Source: Eledone cirrhosa (lineage: Eukaryota). Taken from it: DNA of 64,000 nucleotides. Shown piece by piece: positions 53,142-64,000 of the stretch. The number at the start of each line of letters is the position of its first letter. The stretch's first letter is position 1. The stretch lies in contig CAXHJY010001229.1 in assembly GCA_964016885.1 (NCBI GenBank), forward strand, positions 1 through 64,000, given 5' to 3'. The position numbers and the translations under genes are program-made. The notes under the pieces were generated by a model. That model searched no databases. It saw nothing but the letters and a program-made list of their open reading frames with translations, and had not been told where the DNA came from.

Positions 53142-54049
53142 CAATTATATTATTCATAAAATTTGAGTATTCTTAGTGCGGAAGGTAGCCGTTACCAGCA
53201 GTATACTATTTCCACAGTAAGATCTTGGTGGGGGGAGGGGGGGGGATATAACCACAAATCAAACGGAGATTGTGAGAGAGGGAGTGAGAGAAAGAGATAA
53301 GCAAAAGGGGGGAGGGGGGTGGGGGGGGGGGTAAAGGAAGAGAGAAGGGAGGAAGAGGCGAGGAGAAAAATGTGACTAGAGCGATAGAAAGATGGATAGA
53401 AAGATGGAGTGAAAGATTAACAAGAATAAGGTACTTGGCGTTATTAGGATTGTCAGCCCCCTATCAATAATCTGAGATATAATATCGCAACATAGTTTCT
53501 CACATGATGGGAGGAGAACTATGCCTAGACAGAGACCAGAATTATTAACCGCACTACAGGAATCAAATCTCTGTAGTCCAATGCTAAGAAAGAAGAATGT
53601 TTTTATACAACTTGATAAAATAAAATATAACCTGTTTCATAGTCGAGTGGGGGAGCAGGCTTAGAGAGTAAGTTTAAAAGACAAAAAAAATGTTTTCTCT
53701 TTCTTCTCGCTTCCTGTTTATTATTTGTTTTTTCAAATACTTTCGTTACGATCTTTCTGAGTGAATAGATGCAAATCCGACAGTTACTCGTGATAACTGT
53801 ACAACATAACATTTCGCATGCCTGGATAAGTCTTCCAGGTATAAGAACACATTTTATCTGCTCATAACCAACTTCCTCAATTTCTTAGTGAAGCATATTT
53901 TTAATGTAAATTTGCACATAAATACATTCGATTATATTGATGGAATTGAATTTTTTTTTTTTTTTTTTTCATGTTTGTTACTTAAAAACACAAATCTGAA
54001 ATAGTCGGTTAATGAACGCACTTTAGAAACTTTATTGGTTATTTATTTA

Positions 54050-54955
54050 TTGTTGATATAACTATAGATTGGTCAAACATACAAAAAAAGAAAACAGCAT
54101 TGGAAAAGACTTCAAGGACAAACTCAAACACCAGCTGGTCCAAGGCAATATTGATCACAGGGAATGGGAATACCTGGCAGAAGACAAAGTGAAATGGAGA
54201 CATGTATGTATGAACCCATAACTCTAATTGGTGTCGTTGGACCGTCGTTGCCTCATACAACGTTTCTTGGGGCATTTTTAAAATCTGGCGAAGCCTATTC
54301 CCGCTCTAGGTCTGAATACGGCCAACTTCTTCCAGAGAAACAGAGAGAGAATAGAGGCAATAGAGAAGAAGTGATAAAGAGACACAAACGAAGAATTTAG
54401 TCCAGCCCTAGACTGGTACTAGATTTATCAACATCGAAATGATGAAAGGCTGAGTTGACCTCGGCAGGATTTGAACTCAGAGAACAGATAATAAATACCA
54501 CAAAGCATTTTATCCAACATTTAAACAACTCCGTCAATTCACTGCCTTGATATTAGTATTACTTTCTCGTAATTCTATTTCCTTTCTATTCTTCACACAT
54601 CTTGAAATAACTAGAAAACAAATATCTAAATTATTGGAACAGCGTTCTGTCCTCCGTCTATTTATCAAGAGAAACCCTTTGAAGATAATTTTTGCCTTGA
54701 TTTTAATTATGTATGTTATTAGCATTTTCTTCAGATCAAAACAGCTGCAGCCAGTTTTGAGGAGGGCAGGAAGTTGACAGCTGAAGACAAACATCAAAGA
54801 AGAAAGCTGTCTGCCACCCAACCACCAACTGACCTAGTACACACTTGCCCCAACTGTACCAGAGCCTGCGAGACTAGGATTGGCCTCTACAGCCACCTCA
54901 GGGTGTGCCACCACATGGAACAGGACAACAATTCTTCCCACTGATCTTCGCAAGT
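54050..54955 (+). mobile_element. RTE-BovB-like 3' end, split by later insertions
   Basis: KDKLKHQL..IDHREWEYLAEDKVKWR (54110-54200) and C2H2-type CPNCTRACETRIGLYSHLRVC (~54845-54910). Confidence 0.65.
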
Positions 54956-55169
54956 GAATAATTCACCATTCATTGGAAAGGACTATAAATGCTAAAAATG
55001 AGAGGAAAAGGAGGGAATGAGCAAGGAAGAAAGAGATGTGGACAAAGGAAGAAAGAGATGTGGAGGGGGTTAACAGACTCAACATCTAGGTCAGAGTGGT
55101 GTTTTAGCTGTGTCATGCAGACAAAATGGCAAAGGCAATTCCGCGGACAATGGCCAGTGACACCAACTG

Positions 55170-56330
55170 CAACAGCCACCCCGCATTATAGAGCTTCTTC
55201 CTTGGGCTGCTATCATTCTGAATTTAGAGAGGAGCTGGGCTGTCCAGAGTCTGAGGACGCATAAGTTCTCAACAGCAACCAATGTAAAGTGGAAATGGCC
55301 GGACAAACCCTGGTATTTGTTTGTCTTCCTGCCCTCTGCATTGCAAGCAGCAGTACCAGAATTTGTGGCTAAGGCAACTAAGCTGGAGACGGAGAACATG
55401 TCACACCATGTTGTGTCCCAGATGAGGGATTTACTTTCTTCAAAAGTGAAGAGGGTAATTCTGGCAGGGCGCTTGCTGTCTCCACGGTCGAGTCCTACTG
55501 GCTCCAGATGTGATGGGAGCATCAAGGCTCCTTCTCATTATGTTGTTGAGAGTGACATGTCGGGGGAACCAGCCAGCGCTCTGGTGGCACGATAGCGGGT
55601 GCAGGCTGAACTCATTGACAACTGCTCCATATTTATGTGGCTCATTCACGTGGAGGCTGAGGTGTTACTAAAATGCAAGTGCACTTGTCATCAAGAAGAG
55701 TACCAGTTGATGATACATGCGCTGCAGTTTAGCTACAAGGTGGAACGGAGGCAGATGAAGCAGTGTTAGTCCAAAACAGACTCAATCAGCCTGAAGGTAA
55801 ACCTGCATTTGATGTTGTCCAAGTTACGTTAGACATTTCTATACTGGAGGATGGAGGGGCCTTCACTGGTCCAGTCGGCCAGAACCTGGTTCAATCGGCC
55901 AGAACCTGGTCCAGTTGGCCAGAGCCTGCTCGAGTTCTTCGGTCATGTGAGATTCAGCCATCTTGCTGAGGACCTCTCTGATAATCTAATGTGGATTGGA
56001 GGTGAAGGCTACTGAACCTCACAGGGAACTTTGCCTGTTTCCAGTTGATGCTGTCAAAACTGACATTGCAGATGAATTCCGCACAGTGTCGAATGATGGC
56101 ATCAAGTTCACTGAGGCAATTTGAGAGAGGGTGACAAGGCACTTCTCACAGCATCAACAAGAATTTAGGAAGGGTGAAGCAGTTCTTCAGGAGGAATAAT
56201 GTCAGGTGCGTGTCAATGAGACGCAACCTCTCTGTCATCCTCAACAGGTCTGTGTGCTTGGTCTCCAGGCATTCTTGTATGGCTTTCAAGAGAATTGGAG
56301 AGCTGAGAATGCAGGCAGCGTCTTTGAGCG
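55170..56330 (-). mobile_element. Degenerate CRE-like non-LTR retrotransposon (post-RT region, CCHC, restriction-like endonuclease)
   Basis: LFLLKNCFTLPK, HPLSC..FPRH..LN, EPVGLDRGDSKRP..LIWDTT, AEGRKTNKY..VAVE. Confidence 0.75.
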
Positions 56331-57271
56331 CAATTGTATACAAAATGATTAAATTATTAGTATTTATTTAAATTTCATCAACATCAAATTTCATTCACAC
56401 AGTGTCACGCTAAATCTCCCTAAGAGCTTTGTTAAAGGTAGACATGTCTGTGGAATGCTCAGCCACTTATGTGTTAATTTCACAAGTAGGTTATTGTAAT
56501 GTTCGAACTGGAACACTCATCATCAGAACCAATGGAAGTCCAGTACACATCACTCATGTGCTGAGAAAAGAATAATGAATCTTTTATTTTACAAAGAGAT
56601 ATGTAACTTATATTAAATAACTATTAATAGGCTTGAGTATTTTTCACATAGGTTTATGGAGGAGACTTTATCAGTATGCAATATTAATTTTGAATGTGAG
56701 CAGGATGGGCCCAATTTAGTGTCATAGAAACTATGTAATATGATGCCTGAAGCCAAATGATGTCCATGTTCTTATAATAGAAGAGCTGTGGTATGGTTTT
56801 GATGGACGAGTTTGAATTAGATTTAGGAATTTTGTAGTATGTGTATAGTGGGTAGGACTCATTGTACGATTGTTTGCTTGGGTTTGTGGACAGCATGGAT
56901 TTAGTTTAGATTTGTTTATATACTAGTTAAGGCAAGTTGTGGGCTCAGTTAAGGTAAATGACAGTGTTAGTTATATTATTATCGTTATCATCAACATCAT
57001 CATCTTCATCATCAATGTCCATTTTCCACACTCGCAGGGGTTAGGGGAGTTGTCATGTTATGAAACAAGTCAGGTCAGGTGACCACATCTTGTTCATATG
57101 GATATGTATTTTCATTTGTTTTCTACAGCTGGATGTTCTTCCTAATACCAACCAAGTTACAGTGTAAACTGGGTGCTCATAACTGTGACACCAATACAAC
57201 CACCTTACAGGGTGGACCAGATGTTATTTTTGTGTCACCAGCACAACCACCTTACAAGGTGGACTGGGCAC

Positions 57272-57450
57272 TTTATACTTTGGAAGGATCATATTCCCAA
57301 TAAAAAAACACACCAGTTGAGTTTCACTTCAGTTTATTACTAGTTAAGTAACTAATCCACTCATTGGTAGTTTAGTAACCAGTTGGTTGTTTAATTGTTA
57401 ATTGTCAAAGCTCTTTTGTCTCACATCCTGTGACCTTCTCGATGTCTATT
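57272..57450 (-). mobile_element. Old copy of the pLTR family at 480-979 with a degenerate hammerhead
   Basis: ttatactttggaaggatcat..ccagttg..tttcacttca matches 486-548; GTCACA-GGA-TGTGAGAC stem with a mutated core. Confidence 0.55.
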
Positions 57451-60400
57451 CTTGCTCATCTGTGTCTCCTCTTTGTTCTAACCTTGTTCTATCTACTCCA
57501 AGATGTAACAAAAGATCTTTTCTGTTTTTATTGGTAGCATAAATGATTCCAAAATATAACAATATCTGCTTCAACACATGATTTAACATCAAGAATCTTG
57601 AAAACAAATACAAAAATAAAGTGTGTTTATATATATATATATATTTAAAATTAAGAGAACCAAGGTTTTTAATATCTACAATTGTTTTTAAATAGGTGAT
57701 AATCATACATGCATATCTTAATAACAAGTCAATTGAAAACAGTTAATTAACAATTATTTACACAAGATACAATGCATAAACACCCGCATATCAAGAATTA
57801 TCAAAAGGGATTAAATTTAACCAAATACATATTTCAAGAATATAAGCAAAAATTCTAACAACGTTATCTCACATAATATGATTCTACAATTTGAACAATA
57901 AAAATGCACTTAAACCAAACAATTGTTTGCTATTCTATAAGACAATGACAAAAATTAGTAATGATTGTGATAATCACTAACCCACGAAAATTAGAGGTAA
58001 TGTAAAAAACAAATTATGGGAACAACAAGTGTATAAGAATTAATACATGGTTAAACCCATCATTTAGTAAACACATAGCCTTTAATATACCTAAACTATT
58101 TTTTAATATCCTAGCGAAAATCTTCTCTCTAATCCATTTGATTCTTATAGAAGAACTAGAGAAGAAATTATGTTTTTGAAAACAGAACTTGAAAACAGGG
58201 CTTGGAGTAAACTTGCATAAAACCAAAGTTTTGTTAAGCAGTAGAGAAAACAGGATCCTGATCCTTTCAAAAAAGTTGATCTGAGGCTATGGTAAATAAC
58301 ACATGTCCATGATGCAACACAGTGGGATTGAACCCATGATTTCCTAATTATGAGGCAAACTTCTTAACCATTCGGCTATATTTGTGTCTTATATTGTATA
58401 AAATGAAGTAAATAATCAATAAAAAGAGGGAGAAGATGGGAGGTGAAAGAGAGACAGGGATGGAGACAGAAAGAAATGGGAAGATAGGAGTAAAGAGATA
58501 GGGAGAGTGAGACAGGAGAGAGAAGTAGGTGGGGAAGAGAGAATAAAGAAAGAAGCAAAGCACTTCAAAAGGAAAATAAAGGTAATTTATGAATCAATTT
58601 TAATCCAATTTCCATCAATAAATTCAATTTCCATCAATAAATGTAACAATTTGATTGATATTGTAATGTTTTTCTGGAAGCAAAACACTGAGAACACTAA
58701 CCCCCCCACACACACACACACACAAACACACCACACTCACACACACCAACATCTCTGTAATCACCAATGCCACCTCCACCAACATCAACAATAAGAAAAA
58801 CAACAATAGTAATACCAACAACAACAGCACCAACATAAACAACAGTATTGTTTTTTCTGTCTAGTCTTTTGGCCGATTTTGTTGAGTGGCGCCATAACAT
58901 TATTCAACATAATTCTATAAAACAGAAGACTCAATGGGAAACAGCAGTTAAATCTCCTCAAATTAAAACCCCATCATGTTAAAAAGACAAGTAAATGAAA
59001 ATGTAGTCATAGCTAATTCTAAAAAGGATGTGATGGTCATGACTGGAATATCTTTGACCAGACGTCTGCTAGATCAGAGTTGACCTGTGACTAAACAACA
59101 ACAACAGCCATAAAGGACACATAGTCCTGAATACACTATTGGAATAAAAGAAAAGATAGTCACTGCTGGTATATATTTGATCATAGGTCTGTTGGATCAA
59201 CAGTACCTAGTGCTAAACAACAACTCTATCTACTAATACCAACTACTATAGACTGGCACTCTGTCGGTTACAACGATGAGTGTTCTGGTTGAGCTGATCA
59301 ATGGAACAGTCTGCTCATGAAATTAATGTGCAAGTGGCTGAGCATTCCTCAGACATGTGTATCGTTAATGTAGTTCTAAAGGAGATTCAGCATGACACAG
59401 GATATGACAAGGCTGACCCTTCGAATTACAGGTACAGCTCATTTTTGCCAGCTGGGTTGACAAAGTGTCTTGCTCAAGGACCCAACACGCCACCAGGAAT
59501 CGAACTCACGACCTTACGATTATGAGCCAAATACCTGAACCAGAAAGCCATGCACCTTCACTACTATACTACTATACTATACATTAAACAATGTAAACCT
59601 AGATACACTATGTCTGAATAAAGGTGGCATGGTCACAGCTATTACATTTGCTAGATCAGGGTAAAACCCGGGGCTAAACAATAACACCAACACCATCATC
59701 GTCAACAACAATAGGAACATTAAAAAAAAGCACACATTCAACAATATATTGTAGATATTTGAATAAAGATTGGACAACCTTTGATCAGAACTAAACTCTG
59801 ACTGAACAAACAACTCAAAGTAAATATTGCAACAACAATAATAAATATGAATCATTGAAACTTTGTGACTTTGTCTCATAAACTGTTTTTTTTAAAATAT
59901 ATTTTAATTTTTTTACATTCTGAAATTTGCACAAATATTTTAAATTTAGTTGATGTCTAAGTTTGTTTTCCCATGTTCATTAATTCAATTTTAATCTAAG
60001 TGTTTTATGGGGGGGGGGGGGCTGTGTGGGTGTACGCGTGCACCCATGAATGATAGCCACTAATCAACGAGGTTGATTATGTATTTATATGTGTATATAT
60101 ATGAAGTGTGTATGTTATATGTATAATATATGTATGTAAATTACATATATGGTTTATGTATATGCACACAAATATATATATATATATATATGTGTATCAT
60201 TATCATGATATGTGCATGTATATATATGTAAATATATAAATGTATATTATATTGGTACAAAAAAACATCCAGCCCATATTGTAAAGTGATCATGTAGGTG
60301 TCACGGCAAAAATCACCCATCCCACACTGTAAACTTGACATGTAAAAGACGAAACAAAAAGCACCCAGCACACACTATAAATGTAGTTGCTGTTAGGAAA

Positions 60401-60989
60401 GGCATCCAGCCATAGAAAACCAGCCAGATACTCTCATATATGTCACCCAACTCCAGAGTCTTCGGCCATTGAGATGGACTTTACTAGTTTCAACCCCTAC
60501 CAACAGTACTATTGATCCAACCGGAGTCACAGCATCTGACACAAGCCAAAACATGTCCATGGAGTAAGAGCTGATACAAAACAATAATTTATAACAGTTA
60601 AGCTGTAACATGTATACATAGAATTTTATGTGACATCAAGGAGAAGGTACTGTGATTTTATAGCACGAGAGACTCATGAAACAAAAAGCAAAAGGAAAGA
60701 AATATATATATATGTATTTGTTCGTTGTCTTCTCTTTGAAAATTGCAAGCTTTGGGTCGTTTCGATAGGCCTATAATTAGGCAGGGTCATTAGAACATTG
60801 GATTGAATGCTTTATGGTATTTGTTCTGGCTCTCTGCTCTCTGAGGTCAACTTTGCCTTTCATCCTTTTCAAGTCAATAAAAAAGTGCCATGGGGTTGAT
60901 TCTTCCTGTATATCTCTTTCTCATTTCCTCTCTCTCACTTTCTAGCCTTCTTTGGAAGAAATCTGCTGTATTCAGGCCTACAGAGTTGG

Positions 60990-62420
60990 GCTCCACCAGG
61001 CTTAAAAATGCTCAAGAATCGCTGTATGTCAATATGGCACCCCTACGACGCTATCAGGATTTACAGGACCATACTTAGTTAGGCCATCAAGCCCAGGAGC
61101 CTTGTCTGGTTTCATTGCCTTTAATGCACTGTCCATTTCTTCCATAGAGAATTCAGAGAGGCTAATTTCTGGATGGTCTTCAAATATTGGGTCAATTGTT
61201 CCATCTGGCTCACAATGAATGTCAGCTGATGGGGTTTGTGAAAGTTCTTTTACCAGTTTCCAAGATTCCCTGGGAGTGTTGTACTTACTATTCTCAAAAT
61301 CAGCCAGGGTTTGGTTGATTCTTTCATCCTACAGATGGTCGAATGTAAAGCACTGAATTTTTTAGTGATGCTGTACATCCGAAACTGTAGATTTGAGGGT
61401 GTCACTGTAGATTGAAGGTTTTCACTTTCTACAGTGGTGTGATACAATGGAGGTGTCCTTGTAGGATTTCCTCACCCACTTCATGGAGACAAATGAAGTA
61501 TAATTTTTTTTTCCAGCTGGGAAGGATTCAAATTTATCAGTAATTGAGTCATGAATTATTCTTGCAAGGTTAACATCTTCACTTAGCACCCTCCAGTAAA
61601 ACTGTTTCTTACTTGATTTCCTTTTTGAGAAAAGGCTGATGATGTTGTGATCTCCTTCTATGACTGCAGAGGAAGTATGTGCCTGACAATCATGAATGCT
61701 ATTTCTCCATCGTTTCCTATAAATGGTAAAATCAATTTGGGAAAGATGCCCAGCTGGAGTCTTGAAGTCTATAGATTCCGTTTTGGTTTCTGGAAAGTGG
61801 TATTTCTGGCTAGGTGATTATGTTGATGTAGAAATTCATCTAGAAATATGCCATTTCTGTTAGTGGGGGTATGAAAATCTGCCTATAATTTGTGCATTGA
61901 AGTCTCCTCCAATAGTTAGCATTGCATGTGGGAGGGTACTTCAGAGATAGTGTCACACAGTTGATGGTAAAACTGTCCTACTTCCTCTTTCGGCAGGTGA
62001 TTGTGGGGTGAATAGCAGTTTATAACAATAAGTATTGGGTTTCCTTTGAATACTGCTGTCATTGACCTTAGTACCTTTGTAAATAGAGCAAGGTGATCGT
62101 GTTTCTATGCTGTCATTGACGTTAGTACCTTTGTAAATAGAGGAAGGAGATCGTGTTTGTACTGTCAAACAAACTCCTCAATGATGTCATTTTTAAATGC
62201 TGATGCAGTACACTGAGTGCTTTTGCAGATGTTATTGGCAATTATGTCTTAGTCATTTTCTTTGTGGATAAATTAGTATTCTTGAACACATAGTCACAAT
62301 GTTATAGGTGTTGATATGCTTGTTTAGCTCCTCATGGGAAAAGTAGAATGTGACTGAGCAGCAGTTTAGAAAGGTGTATGGTCTCTTTAGTTGAGATAGT
62401 CCTCTCATGGTTCTGACATC
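60990..62420 (-). mobile_element. Highly degenerate LINE (AP endonuclease to RT start), with a 54-bp tandem duplication at ~62055-62167
   Basis: Remnants IGGDFNAQI, NRNG, KAPGLDG. Confidence 0.55.
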
Positions 62421-63224
62421 GGAGGATGTTTGTCCAGTAGGATTTAAAACATCATCTTCATAGAAAGAAGTTGAGCTTTCTTCAGGACCATGCAGGAACA
62501 GAATATCATGGGTTCTAACTGTGGAGCTGTTGGTTGTACCAGTTGTTATGAAATTCGTTTGAATTAACCAATCAGTTGTCACAATGTTAGTTGGTGCAGA
62601 CTACTTAGTTATGTGTGAATCTGGCAATACAAATTGTATGTGTCCATAATTTTGAATTGTCAATGAAGATTGGAATAAAGCCTTTGTGTTTTGTGGACCG
62701 GTCAAACCTAGATGAGATGCAGTTCGGATTTGTGCCAGGCAAAAGCACCATTGATGCTCTCTTCCTTGTGAGGCAGTTACAGGAGAACTACCAAGCTAAA
62801 ATTAAGCCGCTCTATCTGGCATTTGTCGATCTGGAAAAAGTATTTGACAGAGTGCCTCATGCCATAATATGGTGGGCTCTTAGAAAACTAGGTGTAGATG
62901 AGTGGTTTGTGAAGGCTGTATAAGCCATGTATATGGGAGCAGTCAGCAAAGGAATTTAACAAGTAGGTTGGCGTTCACCAGGGCTCTGTTCTTAGCCTTC
63001 TCCTGTTTATTATCATATTGCAGGTTATAACAAAGGAGTTTAACACTGGATACCCATGGGAACTTCTGTATTTGGATGATCTTACACTCATAGCTGAATC
63101 TATGGTAGAACTAGAGAAGAAATTCCAAACACGAAAGCAGAGCCTAGAAAGCAGAGGTCTTAAAGTCAACCTGACAAAGACTAAGGCCATAGTAAGTAGA
63201 ATAGAAAACATGTTCTGATATGTG

Positions 63225-63410
63225 TTCAGAGACAGTCATTAAAAAACTAAAAGACTTGTTTTGTCTGTCTGAGGTTCCCTCAGCTATACATTCAGACAGA
63301 GGAGCACAGTTTGAAAGTGAATCTCTCAGATGATTTCTTCTGGTGAATAACATTGTTAAGACTCATATAACACCCTATTGACTGCAAGGAAAGGGTCAGT
63401 GTGGAAAAAT
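63225..63410 (+). mobile_element. LTR-retrotransposon (Gypsy-like) integrase core fragment
   Basis: VIKKLKDLFCLSEVPSAIHSDRGAQFESE..FL..NNI..THITPY..QGKGQC. Confidence 0.75.
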
Positions 63411-63712
63411 TAAGGGGGTGCTCCTAAAAACATAAAACTCAGGAGTAAACTAAAGTCCTAGTATGTAGAAAGAAAAATAGAGCCCAGAGCCCCTCAGGGA
63501 AATGACCTTGCTCAGTGTGCAGAAATGGAGAAGGTAGAAAATCCATTATGTGTCCTAAATACAAACTATGGATACATAAAAGATGAAGTGGGATCACAGG
63601 CAGGTTATCAAAGAATATACGCTTTATATGCAGCCAATGCACAGGTGCAGTAAGTAGCAAGTGCCTACAGGATACCAGCTCCTTCAAATGCCCAAATGGT
63701 TCTGTAGAAATA

Positions 63713-63954
63713 CAGGGGGACCACAAAAATACTCCTTGATTTCAAATACTTATAATATGAAAACTTAAATGAATATTCTTACAATATTGGTGGCTACAGT
63801 TGTATAAACTAACAAAGTTTCATGTGGTATAGGTTGATATCATAGACACTCGATGTGTCCCCCTTTTGTTGTTTGGCAAACATCAATGTGATAATCAAGC
63901 TCTGTTTGATATTATAAGTATTTGAAATCAATGAGTGATTTTGTGGTCACCCTG
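63713..63954. mobile_element. Tc1/mariner-type MITE with TA TSD
   Basis: ~46-bp TIRs CAGGGGGACCACAAAAATACTCCTTGATTTCAAATACTTATAATAT; TA at 63711-63712 and 63955-63956; RTE sequence is continuous across it. Confidence 0.85.
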
Positions 63955-64000
63955 TAGTCGACAATTTCCATTACCTGAATGACCAAATCAGCGGTGGGGG

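Larger units (their letters stand above)
62695..64000 (+). mobile_element. RTE RT fragment interrupted by an integrase piece and a MITE
   Basis: DEMQFGFVPGKSTIDALF..FVDLEKVFDRVP, WELLYLDDL; resumes at ~63450 and 63957. Confidence 0.85.

Overview
AT-rich, repeat-dense eukaryotic nuclear DNA, most likely from an octopod cephalopod. The evidence is a mitochondrial insertion in the order cox2-trnD-atp8-atp6 that reads in the invertebrate mitochondrial code, plus the SINE/RTE repertoire. The only intact host gene is a minus-strand ribose-phosphate pyrophosphokinase (PRPS). It has 7 coding exons from 45350/45287 down to 10081, all GT-AG, encoding 318 aa, or 339 aa with an N-terminal extension, and probably a non-coding first exon near 45640-45710. 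The rest is transposon debris and (TA)n microsatellite: a Penelope-like element (RT + C-terminal GIY-YIG), RTE, CR1, CRE-like and Tx1-like LINE fragments, two tRNA-derived SINE families, Helitrons, a Merlin derivative and several MITE types. The most striking signal is at least 9 type-I hammerhead-ribozyme motifs (intact or decayed) from several Penelope-type families. Several lie in spacer-less fold-back palindromes with one ribozyme per strand, and one such palindrome sits in PRPS intron 1. A second notable structure is a mitochondrial insertion that folds back on a native cox2 inverted repeat and is fused by microhomology to a 5'-truncated RTE LINE. All structures were read by eye; repeat boundaries are approximate and no database searches were run.
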